Program-made: the position numbers and the translations under genes
IMG/VR virus record: IMGVR_UViG_3300043436_000583
Span: 62,001-115,851 of that record
DNA: 53,851 nucleotides
Source: an uncultured virus (IMG/VR IMGVR_UViG_3300043436_000583)
Taxonomy: Duplodnaviria > Heunggongvirae > Uroviricota > Caudoviricetes
Direction: 5' to 3' (one strand)
Part shown: one piece after another, positions 37,769-47,479 of the stretch
How positions within the stretch are numbered: the stretch's first letter is position 1
Layout of the letters: every line of letters begins with the position of its first letter
The notes under the pieces: model-generated
What the model saw: only the letters and a program-made list of their open reading frames with translations
The model's database searches: none
Told to the model about the DNA's origin: nothing

Positions 37769-38018
37769 TTAATTCTAATTTAAGTGTTGTAACTGTTTCA
37801 TTTAGGTTAGTTATCTTCTCAACTGTTTCTGTAACAATCTTCTTTTGTGTCTCAGTAGCTTGGGCTTGAACTTGTAAGCTTAGCTTATTATTTGTTTCAA
37901 CTTTGCTAAGAAGTTCTTCAAACTCCCTGTCTTCTTGAATAGAAGGATCAACTTTTTGAGCAGTTGTAGTTTGGCATCCATAGATGAGTGGTATTAATAT
38001 GATTAATAAATATTTCAT
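37677..38018 (-). CDS. coiled-coil lipoprotein (spanin-like)
   Basis: Lipobox LIYGC followed by coiled coil. Confidence 0.55.
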   Translation of the reverse strand: MKYLLIILIPLIYGCQTTTAQKVDPSIQEDREFEELLSKVETNNKLSLQVQAQATETQKKIVTETVEKITNLNETVTTLKLELNEVKAALDSVSSDTGSNFILLPIPKDKKDR

Positions 38019-38320
38019 TAGTTAAGCTTTTTGATTGCTCCCAACTGTTGCAAAGTCTGCAACTGTGTAGTAGTCACAGCCTTAGCTGAATCACTAACTC
38101 TCAAAGATTCTTGTACCCTATCTAACCTATTTTCCACCTTTTCAATACGTACATTCTGAGAAGTTGCCTGCTCTTTAAATGTTGTACGAACATCTATGTA
38201 TAGGTATGAAATAGCAATGAGCACCAAGAAAAGGGTGCCCACAATTGGGTTTTTAGCAAACTCCTTAAAGCTTATAGGCAATGGGTTTGCTGATATATTT
38301 GTTTCTTTCTTTGCTGCCAT
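38018..38320 (-). CDS. single-TM coiled-coil membrane protein
   Basis: TM segment IVGTLFLVLIAISYLYI. Confidence 0.65.
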   Translation of the reverse strand: MAAKKETNISANPLPISFKEFAKNPIVGTLFLVLIAISYLYIDVRTTFKEQATSQNVRIEKVENRLDRVQESLRVSDSAKAVTTTQLQTLQQLGAIKKLN

Positions 38321-38466
38321 TATTTATAGTTTTTTAAAACTTGTTGAGCATTAAGGGCTGTCCATACATTGTACAGCACTTCACTGTTATGTTGTAATAG
38401 TTCTGCCTTTTTAATTCCAGAGCGTCTGCTACGCATTGCTTTAGGTTTTTTCTTAGCATTTGCCAT
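38320..38466 (-). CDS. 48-aa basic protein, not in ORF track
   Basis: MANAKKKPKAMRSRRSG...; TAATG-coupled on both sides. Confidence 0.6.
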   Translation of the reverse strand: MANAKKKPKAMRSRRSGIKKAELLQHNSEVLYNVWTALNAQQVLKNYK

Positions 38467-38861
38467 TATCTTAATTTGTTTTTGTATTCTAATACAGCCA
38501 AACGTTGTTTAATCTCTGCCCTTTCAGTAGCTGCTGATTCTTTTATATTAGTCATTCTTTCAACTATTTCCATCTTCATATCTGCCCTACTTTGTGCTGC
38601 TGCTGCCCTAATTGCTTCCATCTCAATAGTTGTTCCCTGAGGTGGTATAGCTTTGTTCTCAGCATTTACTACAACTGCTACCTTGTTATTCAAAATAGTT
38701 ACCTGATTCTCTAATGCACTCACTTGTGTAAGTAACCAACCAATAGCTGATACACATATAGGTAAAAGAGTAAAGACTAGCTTTTCAACTAGTCCTGATT
38801 TGCTTTTATCAGCTGCCATCTGTTCAGATATCTTTTCATTCCTTTCTTCTTGGGTCATCAT
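38466..38861 (-). CDS. single-TM coiled-coil membrane protein
   Basis: TM then heptads; follows the endolysin. Confidence 0.65.
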   Translation of the reverse strand: MMTQEERNEKISEQMAADKSKSGLVEKLVFTLLPICVSAIGWLLTQVSALENQVTILNNKVAVVVNAENKAIPPQGTTIEMEAIRAAAAQSRADMKMEIVERMTNIKESAATERAEIKQRLAVLEYKNKLR

Positions 38862-39463
38862 ATACTACCATTTAAAAGGTTATTGTATTCATTGAAGTGT
38901 TTGATACGATCAGGAAGACCTATTGTACCACCATTAACACGTTTAGTCACCTTAGTAACCACTGCGTCTGTAGCTCCCTCATCAGCAATCTTGTGTAATC
39001 CATTCTTATGGAAAAACCAAGCAGCAGATAAAAGTGGGTACTTTGTAGCTATAAGGTCTGGGTTAGCTAGGATATCATCTTCAACTGTCTTATCAAAAGC
39101 AGCGTAGTTATCCTTCCCTGTTAACTGAATGTATCCACGTCCTCTAAACTTATAACCTTCTCCAGAAGCTTGATTACCATTACCCATACGATTAGCATAG
39201 ACAATATTGGCAATCTTTTCTGGCTTGCGTTCAAACTCTTTAGCACTCTCAGCAGTGAAGTACTTCTTAAAAATGCTCTGTAAACCAGCAGCACCATAGT
39301 TTAAGTTCTCTGACACAGCTTTGAATCCACCTGATTCATGTCCTGTTTGTGCTAAGAAATGAGCCAAACGTAATGCTGTATTGATTTCAAACTTATCTAC
39401 TACACCAGGGATTTGTGCAATCACTGTGTCTGGAATGTGTCCTTTTAATTTATCTACGTTCAT
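38858..39463 (-). CDS. endolysin, glycoside hydrolase family 19
   Basis: AHFLAQTGHESGGF, ENLNY, RGRGYIQLTGKDNY, VNGG..GL.DR. Confidence 0.93.
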   Translation of the reverse strand: MNVDKLKGHIPDTVIAQIPGVVDKFEINTALRLAHFLAQTGHESGGFKAVSENLNYGAAGLQSIFKKYFTAESAKEFERKPEKIANIVYANRMGNGNQASGEGYKFRGRGYIQLTGKDNYAAFDKTVEDDILANPDLIATKYPLLSAAWFFHKNGLHKIADEGATDAVVTKVTKRVNGGTIGLPDRIKHFNEYNNLLNGSI

Positions 39464-39465
39464 AG

Positions 39466-40059
39466 TTAATTAATTTTCCAATAGGAATTTACACCATATA
39501 CAAGTTGATTGTTACCATTGATGCCAATGTTTAAGCCAAACATTTTATCACGTTTAGACTTATATAACAATCCTCCTTGAAGAAGTTCTAATCCATTCTT
39601 GTTACCTGTAACACCCCCACCAATAAATAGAGCTCCCTTAGGAGGAGCCTGCTTAGTGATATTGTTTGTTACAGTGATTGTAGGAATCTTATAATTGTAC
39701 TTATAAGACCTACCATGTATCTCGTTTTTATGTACTGTATCAGTTACAGCTACATAGCCCAAAGTATCTATCTTTAATGTATCAGTATAGAGAGTCTTTG
39801 CCAAATGGGCAATGACCAAAGCATCATATTGTGCTTTAAGCTTAGGGTAATTTGTGTCTGCAATATATTCTGCAGGTAGTGTGTCGTGTATTATCTGTTT
39901 AATCTTTAACTTCTTGACAATCAATGAGTCATGTACTTGCCAAGCTGTATCATGTAATGTTACAGTGTCAGCTTTTATTTGAGGATAATTACATCCTTTA
40001 TTTTGAAAAGCCATTGCAAATACTAAAGCCATTATGATAAACGTCAAAATCTTATTCAT
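39466..40059 (-). CDS. secreted/membrane-anchored lysis-associated protein (spanin-like)
   Basis: N-terminal signal/TM, many D-T/S motifs, C-terminal beta-strands ending YWKIN. Confidence 0.55.
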   Translation of the reverse strand: MNKILTFIIMALVFAMAFQNKGCNYPQIKADTVTLHDTAWQVHDSLIVKKLKIKQIIHDTLPAEYIADTNYPKLKAQYDALVIAHLAKTLYTDTLKIDTLGYVAVTDTVHKNEIHGRSYKYNYKIPTITVTNNITKQAPPKGALFIGGGVTGNKNGLELLQGGLLYKSKRDKMFGLNIGINGNNQLVYGVNSYWKIN

Positions 40060-40303
40060 TATCTTCAGTTTGGTTTTTCTTATTGATAAACTTGTCTACA
40101 GAAGCAATTCCAAAACAAGCTATGGTCAAAACTTTGAATGAGTCATATATGAACTCATTGACAACCAACTCTTTATGCATACTTCCAGTGACAATATCTG
40201 CTACAGCAAATACCACCATGATTACAAAAGAAGCAAAGCCAATTACAGCTTTCTCATTGATTGTGTTATTATCATCAAATAGATCAGAGAAGAACTTTTT
40301 CAT
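40052..40303 (-). CDS. putative holin
   Basis: Two TM segments with charged ends, close to the endolysin. Confidence 0.65.
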   Translation of the reverse strand: MKKFFSDLFDDNNTINEKAVIGFASFVIMVVFAVADIVTGSMHKELVVNEFIYDSFKVLTIACFGIASVDKFINKKNQTEDNE

Positions 40304-40604
40304 TTCTTATAATTAATTTATTATTAGGTAATATTGCTAAGTGTTTAAATACTGCAGGTGTTATAGGAACACTAGTAGGGAAGGACGCAGCTGTTTTATA
40401 GACTACTCTTTCAAGGTTGTCTATACGTGTCTTGTCTACATTAGATTGAGCCATTAGGGCTTTGACATCTGACTTTACCTCAGCTAAGTCATCTTTGATG
40501 TCTTTTAACATCATACCAGCAAATATCCCAATGATTGTAACAATACCAGGGAATAGCCAGTTTTTAATTTCTGCAATAACAGAACTCTGTTGTTTTGTCG
40601 TCAT
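40284..40604 (-). CDS. single-TM coiled-coil membrane protein
   Basis: Likely start MTTKQQ. Confidence 0.65.
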   Translation of the reverse strand: MTTKQQSSVIAEIKNWLFPGIVTIIGIFAGMMLKDIKDDLAEVKSDVKALMAQSNVDKTRIDNLERVVYKTAASFPTSVPITPAVFKHLAILPNNKLIIRNEKVLL

Positions 40605-40696
40605 TATAGTGATTTGTAGAAATAAAAATACACCCAGGACATGGATGTACAATATGGTCAGATTGACCTATTTAAGTTAAACTATCTAATTCCTCG

Positions 40697-40728
40697 CAAA
40701 AGTAAGTAAAAAAGTTGAAACTACCAAA
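40697..40728 (-). promoter_or_regulatory. Bacteroidota promoter (-33 TTTG, -7 TACTTTTG) for the lysis cassette
   Basis: caaaagta at 40697-40704 and ccaaa at 40724-40728. Confidence 0.6.
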
Positions 40729-40738
40729 TCTTTTTTTG

Positions 40739-41107
40739 TCAGTAGGGCTGATAGGATTTCTCCTCTACAAACTCACTTCCATACTTCATATTAATTTCTT
40801 TTTTAATATTTGCTCGCTTGTCATTCAATATGTAAACGCTTCTAGCTAGCTGTACGAAGTGGTCATCAAATGTCTTGTTTCTTTCACAATCTCTAAGCCT
40901 GTCCTCTACATTCCAAAGGCTCTTGTTTACAACAAGCAATTGATCAGTTAAAGGGTCATGTAGAATCTCAGGTTCTATCACTGTATTTAGATAGGTTCTT
41001 TCCTTGAATACATTTACTAACTTGTCTTTATCAGTAATATTCAATGCTTTGATAGAAAGTATAGTCCACTTGTCTACTACTTCCCCAATACTTACATTAA
41101 TGTTCAT
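40739..41107 (-). CDS. DUF6165-like protein
   Basis: VSIGEVVDK.TIL.IK...LW.VED..R...NDKRA..K..IN...EEKSY. Confidence 0.8.
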   Translation of the reverse strand: MNINVSIGEVVDKWTILSIKALNITDKDKLVNVFKERTYLNTVIEPEILHDPLTDQLLVVNKSLWNVEDRLRDCERNKTFDDHFVQLARSVYILNDKRANIKKEINMKYGSEFVEEKSYQPY

Positions 41108-41138
41108 AAGAAATGTTGTTTATTATTAACAAAAGTAG

Positions 41139-41146
41139 TACATTTG
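41139..41146 (+). promoter_or_regulatory. -7 box TACATTTG driving the (+) glycosyltransferase cassette
   Basis: TAnnTTTG match in the divergent intergenic region. Confidence 0.6.
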
Positions 41147-41163
41147 TTGCAAATATCCAACAG

Positions 41164-42090
41164 ATGAAACCAGTTTGTTTAGACTTGTCACAATGTAATG
41201 GATTGGGTGATCTAATCTGTGCCACTCCCACTATCAAAAAACTGTCTGAAAGCTATGGCCAAAAGATAACCATCCTCTCTCAGATGCCTGAGCTATTTAA
41301 GATGAATCCTTATGTAGAGAAGAGCTATAAAGCTGCTTCAGTTGACATGCCTTACTTTTCAATCCACTACATTATACATAGTTCCTTTTATCTTGTAGGT
41401 AAGAAGGATGAGCGTGGTATAGAGATGAAGCATAACATGATGGATATCAGACAGTTCCATGCTATACACCTAGGATTTATGCTTGGACAAGATGAGATGG
41501 AATGCTATTACAAACCTACAGAACCTAAAGAGCATTTTATAGATGGAAAGTATGCTGTGATACATCCTGTTAATAGCTGGCCTAATAGAACATGGTCACA
41601 AGATAATTGGACAAAGTTATGTGAAGAGTTAATCAAATGTGGATACACTGTAGTGGCTGTAGGTAAGGATAGCAGTGAGACAGGCTTCTTTAATGTAGAC
41701 AAACCTGTACATGAGATGGGTAATAACATTATCAACTTGATGAATCAAACATCTATATCTGAGACCTGGCACTTGATTAATAATGCTGCAGTTGTAATTA
41801 CAATGGATAGTGGAATTCTACATCTAGCAGGTACAACAGAGACACCTATAATTGAATTAGGATCTCCCATCAACCCAGAGTTTCGTAGACCATATAGAAA
41901 GACTAGTAAACATATATACGTAAGAGGAGCATGTGGATTACACTGCAGCTCTAATATGAAATATGCTCTTGAGTATTGGCCTACAATTGATTCTGTACAA
42001 CCATTGATTGGATGTTTAGAAAAGAAAGAAACCTTTGAATGTCATCCATTTGTAGAACAAGTTATTGATGCAATTAAAAGAGAATTATGA
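41164..42090 (+). CDS. glycosyltransferase family 9 (heptosyltransferase-like)
   Basis: GLGDLICATP, IHP...NRTW, DSGILHLA. Confidence 0.85.
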   Translation: MKPVCLDLSQCNGLGDLICATPTIKKLSESYGQKITILSQMPELFKMNPYVEKSYKAASVDMPYFSIHYIIHSSFYLVGKKDERGIEMKHNMMDIRQFHAIHLGFMLGQDEMECYYKPTEPKEHFIDGKYAVIHPVNSWPNRTWSQDNWTKLCEELIKCGYTVVAVGKDSSETGFFNVDKPVHEMGNNIINLMNQTSISETWHLINNAAVVITMDSGILHLAGTTETPIIELGSPINPEFRRPYRKTSKHIYVRGACGLHCSSNMKYALEYWPTIDSVQPLIGCLEKKETFECHPFVEQVIDAIKREL

Positions 42091-44741
42091 AAAAACTATT
42101 AATCATTACACCTCACCTATCAACTGGAGGAGCTCCCCAGGTAACAGTGAATAAGGTGGAACTATTACAGAATCACTTTGATATTAAGGTGGTAGAACAT
42201 GCATTCCTAGCATGGCAGTTTGTTGTGCAAAGAAATAGAATTATTAAACTAGTGGGTGAGCAAAACTTTCATTCACTAGGAAGTGATAAGTTTAGTGAGC
42301 TATTTAAAATCATTGATGAGTTCAAACCAGATGTGATATCTATGGAAGAGTTTCCAGAGATGTTTATGGATGATAGTATATCTAAGCAGCTATATCATAG
42401 TGATAGACCTTGGAAAATTACTGAGACTACACATGATAGTTCATTTAGTCCTAGCAATAAAAGATGGACACCTGATAAGTTTATTTTTGTTAGTTCCTAT
42501 AACTCATTTCAATACATTACACTAGACGTTCCTACAGAGGTAATTGAATATCCTGTAGATAAAAAGACTAGAAACAAGAGACAGATGAGAGAAAGATTAG
42601 GACTGGAACATGACTATAAACATTTTGTCACTGTAGGACTGTTCACTCCTAGAAAGAATCAAGCTTATGGATTTGAACTAGCTAAGCACCTTAAGAATTA
42701 TAAAGTGAAGTTTCACTTCCTAGGTAATCAAGCAGGTAACTTTGCAGACTATTGGAAACCCTTGATGGCTAACAAACCAAATAACTGTGTTGTCTGGGGA
42801 GAAAGAGATGATGTATATGACTTTTTACAGGCATCTGATGTGTTCTTCTTCCCTTCAAAAGGAGATAGAGGTAACAAAGAACTAAATCCTATAGCTATTA
42901 AAGAGGCTTTAGAATATGATGACTTAATCAAATCAATGTACAATCTAGATGTATATTGTAACAAGTATAATGATGAGGAGAATGTAGTTTATTTAACTGG
43001 TGATATCAGTAGGGATGCTACCAATTTAATCAAAAAATTAAACCTAGATGTGGTAGATGAAGAGTGTATCATCTTGGGCACCTATCCTAATATTAAGGAC
43101 AGAGTGCAATGGACCAAGGACACCATCAATAGTCTTAAGCCATTGGGTAGAAAGATTATTCTATTGTCTCACTATCCTGTAGACCAGGACATACAACGTA
43201 TGGTGGACTATTACATATACGATGCACATAATCCCCTAACTCACCATAGCTACTACACTAGATTTTACAATGATAGGGATGACTATTTTGCTGAGATTAA
43301 CATCAATGGTTTGAAGGATAGTAACCAATCATTGACTGTATTAACTAATATATTCAATGGTGCCAAGGCTGCTAAAGAGCTTGGGTTCAAGAGATTCTTC
43401 TACACTACATATGATGTTATATTAAATGAGAAGGATATCCCTGCAGTGAATGATGCATTTAAAACAGATAAGAAACTTTGTGCTGCTACTCTACCCACCC
43501 CACAGGGTAAGGGAATTCAGACTAATGGTATTATGTTTGATACAGACTTCTTCATAAAAGAGTTTGATGATGTACGTACACCAGAAGAGTGGAATGAAAC
43601 ATGTAAGCGTAGAAGATGTGAGAACTATCTAGAGGACTACTTATCTAAGGTGATATTTAGTTTCAATCCAAATGATATACAATTAGTTACTAATGATAAG
43701 GATACTCTATTGATACACAGTGGATTAGGTGTAGCATCTAATAGTGAATATTATTCTATAATTCCTGTAGAAGGAAAAGCAAACTTTTACATGTTCTATT
43801 TCTTTACATATAATGTAGATGAAAGAGTGGTGAAAGGGAATATAGGAGATGTATTCTTCCAATTTGATATAGCTAAGACCAAAGAATATAAATATGAGTT
43901 TGCCTATACAGGTAAGCAAATAGATATAAACTTTGAGTTCTATGATGGAAATCATATGTACAAGAGAGAGAGTCACACCATCAATGATAGTACAATTGCT
44001 AAGTATAGAAATACAGGTAACTTTAGATGGAAGAATATCAAACCTAAAATTAAATTAGTTCACATACAAACTACATTAAATGATGAAAGAGAACAAGCAA
44101 GCAGAGCTTCCCTTGAAAGAGTTAAAGACTATGGATGGGAATATATCCTACACACTAACGAGCCCTATAAGTCATTACCACCATCATATAACTGCCTTAG
44201 ACCCAGTTGTGTTTCAATGGAACTCTTCAATGAACAGCAAGTTCAACAGCATGGTACAGCACTTACCCCAGCACATTATGGATGCTATGAAGCATTCAAG
44301 AATGCCATCTTAAGTGAGTTTCATGATTGTGACTTTTTAATGGTGTGTGAGGGAGACTGTATCATTGAGACAGACATACACTTTTTCGTACGAAAAGTTG
44401 AGCAATGTGCACACTTAATTGGACCAAATGGTATCAACTACATGTCTTTTGGAGACAAGGATACATTAGAATATGGCTGGCCTCAGAGTCCTGTTATTAA
44501 AGATATTAATGAAGACATGTATGTTACAGACCATATCATAGGTTTACAATCTATTATGTTCCCTATATCTGTAGCTGACTATTTAAAAAACACTTTAAGA
44601 AAACATAAGTGGGATGCTTCTGATATGTATTTTAATAATATCTTTGCAGGGCCACAAATGGGTATAGTTAAGAAAAGACTTACCACCCAAGCAGATGGTT
44701 TTTCTTTAATAGACAATATGCAAAAAACATTTAGAAAATGA
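42087..44741 (+). CDS. multidomain glycosyltransferase (N-terminal GT4; middle and C-terminal GT-A/GT25-like domains)
   Basis: HLSTGGAPQ, RKNQ, DVFFFPS..E..P...EA; C-terminal HYGCY...EGD. Confidence 0.8.
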   Translation: MKKLLIITPHLSTGGAPQVTVNKVELLQNHFDIKVVEHAFLAWQFVVQRNRIIKLVGEQNFHSLGSDKFSELFKIIDEFKPDVISMEEFPEMFMDDSISKQLYHSDRPWKITETTHDSSFSPSNKRWTPDKFIFVSSYNSFQYITLDVPTEVIEYPVDKKTRNKRQMRERLGLEHDYKHFVTVGLFTPRKNQAYGFELAKHLKNYKVKFHFLGNQAGNFADYWKPLMANKPNNCVVWGERDDVYDFLQASDVFFFPSKGDRGNKELNPIAIKEALEYDDLIKSMYNLDVYCNKYNDEENVVYLTGDISRDATNLIKKLNLDVVDEECIILGTYPNIKDRVQWTKDTINSLKPLGRKIILLSHYPVDQDIQRMVDYYIYDAHNPLTHHSYYTRFYNDRDDYFAEININGLKDSNQSLTVLTNIFNGAKAAKELGFKRFFYTTYDVILNEKDIPAVNDAFKTDKKLCAATLPTPQGKGIQTNGIMFDTDFFIKEFDDVRTPEEWNETCKRRRCENYLEDYLSKVIFSFNPNDIQLVTNDKDTLLIHSGLGVASNSEYYSIIPVEGKANFYMFYFFTYNVDERVVKGNIGDVFFQFDIAKTKEYKYEFAYTGKQIDINFEFYDGNHMYKRESHTINDSTIAKYRNTGNFRWKNIKPKIKLVHIQTTLNDEREQASRASLERVKDYGWEYILHTNEPYKSLPPSYNCLRPSCVSMELFNEQQVQQHGTALTPAHYGCYEAFKNAILSEFHDCDFLMVCEGDCIIETDIHFFVRKVEQCAHLIGPNGINYMSFGDKDTLEYGWPQSPVIKDINEDMYVTDHIIGLQSIMFPISVADYLKNTLRKHKWDASDMYFNNIFAGPQMGIVKKRLTTQADGFSLIDNMQKTFRK

Positions 44742-45412
44742 CAATAGATGTAATCATATTAACAGATAGTTCTGATGTAGCTCTTACACAACGTACAATA
44801 GATACATTACATGATAGTGAGATTGACTTTAGGTTTCGTGTACAATTAGTAGACTCAGGTACACAAGATCCAAACAGGTATGTACGTATTCATAACTATA
44901 TACATCCTGAGAGTTCTTTTAACTATAACAAGTTTTTAAACATAGCATTTACATATTGCCAAGGTGATTGGGTGGTTATATCTAATGATGATGTAGCTTA
45001 TGAAAGATGGTGGTTCTCAGAGATGATGAAGGTACATGACTATAGAGAAGATATAGAAGCTTTCTCTCCTAAAGACCCATTGTTATATGCTAGATGGTTT
45101 CCTAATCATTTTGTAGGAACTAATAGTAAATATCATGAATCATATGCTGTTACAGAAGCTCTTCAGGGTTGGTGTACAGTGATTAAGAGATGTGCATTAG
45201 ATAAAATCCTACCATTTGATGAACTGTTTGATATGTACTATCAGGATAATGATTATGCTGAGAGACTAAAACAAGTGGGGGTTAAGCATGCTCTTGTAAG
45301 ACATTCTATTGTATGTCATATGGAAACATTAAATGTAGGACAGATAAGTGAAGCTAAGTCTAGAAAGCTTAGAATAGATGAAATTAAATTTAGAAACAAA
45401 TGGAATCAATAA
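44738..45412 (+). CDS. glycosyltransferase family 2
   Basis: FNYNKFLN, ISNDD, FDE.F.MYYQDND. Confidence 0.85.
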   Translation: MTIDVIILTDSSDVALTQRTIDTLHDSEIDFRFRVQLVDSGTQDPNRYVRIHNYIHPESSFNYNKFLNIAFTYCQGDWVVISNDDVAYERWWFSEMMKVHDYREDIEAFSPKDPLLYARWFPNHFVGTNSKYHESYAVTEALQGWCTVIKRCALDKILPFDELFDMYYQDNDYAERLKQVGVKHALVRHSIVCHMETLNVGQISEAKSRKLRIDEIKFRNKWNQ

Positions 45413-46422
45413 AATCAGTACATGTTGCTACAGGACTAATAACCATACCACCAAATGGATGGGGTGCTGTAGAAAGACTTACATGGGAATATAAAATAGC
45501 TCTTGAGAAACTTGGACATGGTGTAGATATTAGATACATGAACGAGTTGGAGAAGTGGCCCAATACAATTGTGCACACGCATTTAGCTAATCAAGCTCTT
45601 GATTGTAGAGATAAGGGTATTCCCTATGTGTATTCTTTACATGATCATCATACAGAATGGTATGGTAAGGATAGCTGGGTGTTTAAACAAAACCTAGAAG
45701 CTATGAAGAGTAGTATTATATCCTTCACTCATGCTGAATATTTGGTAGACTATTTTGATGCTGTAGATAAACTATTCTATCTACCACATGGGGCTAATAC
45801 AGATTTCTTTGTTCCTAATTATGAACCAAAACCACATGCATTATTTATGCTTGCTAATAATGGATTAGCAGGTGATTCAGGATTTGATAGAAAAGGATTT
45901 AGATGGGGGATAGAAGCAGCTGAAGAACTAGACTTACCCATCACTATAGCTGGACATCCTAATAATCAAAAGTTCTTTGACATTCATTCAGAGCTATTGC
46001 AATATAAAAAGTTAACTTTAAAGTTAACAAACCCTACAGATGAAGAGACTAGAGAGTTATATCAGTCTCACACCATATTCTTACATCCATCTATGCTAGA
46101 AGCAGGTCATCCTAACCTAACACTTATGGAAGCCACAGCTTGTGGTATTCCTATTGTAGGAACTTATAGAGGTAGTAAACCTATACCTGGAATGCATGTT
46201 CTTGATAAGATTACAAAAGAATCTGTAATAGATGGCATTGTAGATGTTATGTATAACTATGATGAACGTAGACAAGATATATTTAACAAGCGTACAGATT
46301 ATAGTTGGGATGAGGTGGGTAAGATATTAGCTAAATACTATTACAATATTCTTAAGATTAATGAGGGATATACATCAGAAAAAACAAGACAATTATATAT
46401 AAACGCATATGATAACTTATAA
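45400..46422 (+). CDS. glycosyltransferase family 4
   Basis: IPPNGWGAVE, RKG, FLHPS..EAGHPNLTLMEA.ACG.P. Confidence 0.88.
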   Translation: MESIKSVHVATGLITIPPNGWGAVERLTWEYKIALEKLGHGVDIRYMNELEKWPNTIVHTHLANQALDCRDKGIPYVYSLHDHHTEWYGKDSWVFKQNLEAMKSSIISFTHAEYLVDYFDAVDKLFYLPHGANTDFFVPNYEPKPHALFMLANNGLAGDSGFDRKGFRWGIEAAEELDLPITIAGHPNNQKFFDIHSELLQYKKLTLKLTNPTDEETRELYQSHTIFLHPSMLEAGHPNLTLMEATACGIPIVGTYRGSKPIPGMHVLDKITKESVIDGIVDVMYNYDERRQDIFNKRTDYSWDEVGKILAKYYYNILKINEGYTSEKTRQLYINAYDNL

Positions 46423-47479
46423 AATAACACATGTTAATGGTCTTTATTTTGAACTATTAGATGATGAGGGGAAAGGCAGAGAGTATGATGTAACCTTTGT
46501 AGATAGAAAAGATGATGGGCATATATATGAAACCAAGCTTAAACCAGGAGCATGGGCTAAGCTTAGCAGAAGCTATCTATCTGATATAGCCATCTTTATT
46601 AAATACCAAGGACGTACAGTTAAACAGATTAACTTGTTAGATGAGTTGAAAGGAAAGCGTGTGTTTATATCTTATGAATCTAAGAGTCTTGGAGATAGTA
46701 TAGCTTGGATACCATACTGTTTAGAGTTCCAAGAAGTGTACAAGTGTGAGGTGATTGTATCCACATTTAAGAATGAGCTATTTGAAACTGCCTATCCTGA
46801 ACTAAAGTTTGTAGGCAGAGGTGTGATTGTCAATAACATCATAGCAATGTTTGAACTAGGTTGGTTTTGGGATGACAATAAGGAACCTGTCAATCCTATC
46901 ACTATACCTTTACAACAGGCAGCTAGTAATATATTAGCTCTTCCTCATAAAGAAATACAGCCTAGGATAGCTTTTGTTCCTAATGAAAAGCCTATAGATG
47001 GTAAATACATATGTATATCTACAAGATCTACATCACAATGTAAACACTGGTACTATTGGCCAGAGCTAATTCAATCTTTAAAAGATATGGGATATAGAGT
47101 GTTTGAGATGTCTCAGGATGCTGATGAGCTAGGAGCAGAGAAGCTAGAAGATGTGTCTTTGAATAATGTAATGAACCATCTGTATTATGCAGAGTCATAC
47201 ATAGGCCTTTCTAGTGGCATTAGCTGGCTAAATTGGGCACTTAATAGGAAGACAGTGATGATCTCTAACTTTACACTATCAAGCCATGAATTCCAATCTA
47301 ATTGCATTAGAATCACCAATGCAGATGTATGCCATGGCTGTTGGAACAATCCTATGTTTAAGTTTAATAAGGGAGACTGGAAATGGTGCCCTGAGCACGA
47401 GGATACCCCTAGACAATTTGAATGTCATAAATCCATCAATATGGAAACTGTACTAGAGAAGGTTAAAGAAACTTTATAA
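46409..47479 (+). CDS. Aah/TibC-like (autotransporter O-heptosyltransferase family) glycosyltransferase
   Basis: SLGDSIAW.PY, YICIS, IGLSSGISWL.WA, CHGCWN...CP...FEC. Confidence 0.75.
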   Translation: MITYKITHVNGLYFELLDDEGKGREYDVTFVDRKDDGHIYETKLKPGAWAKLSRSYLSDIAIFIKYQGRTVKQINLLDELKGKRVFISYESKSLGDSIAWIPYCLEFQEVYKCEVIVSTFKNELFETAYPELKFVGRGVIVNNIIAMFELGWFWDDNKEPVNPITIPLQQAASNILALPHKEIQPRIAFVPNEKPIDGKYICISTRSTSQCKHWYYWPELIQSLKDMGYRVFEMSQDADELGAEKLEDVSLNNVMNHLYYAESYIGLSSGISWLNWALNRKTVMISNFTLSSHEFQSNCIRITNADVCHGCWNNPMFKFNKGDWKWCPEHEDTPRQFECHKSINMETVLEKVKETL

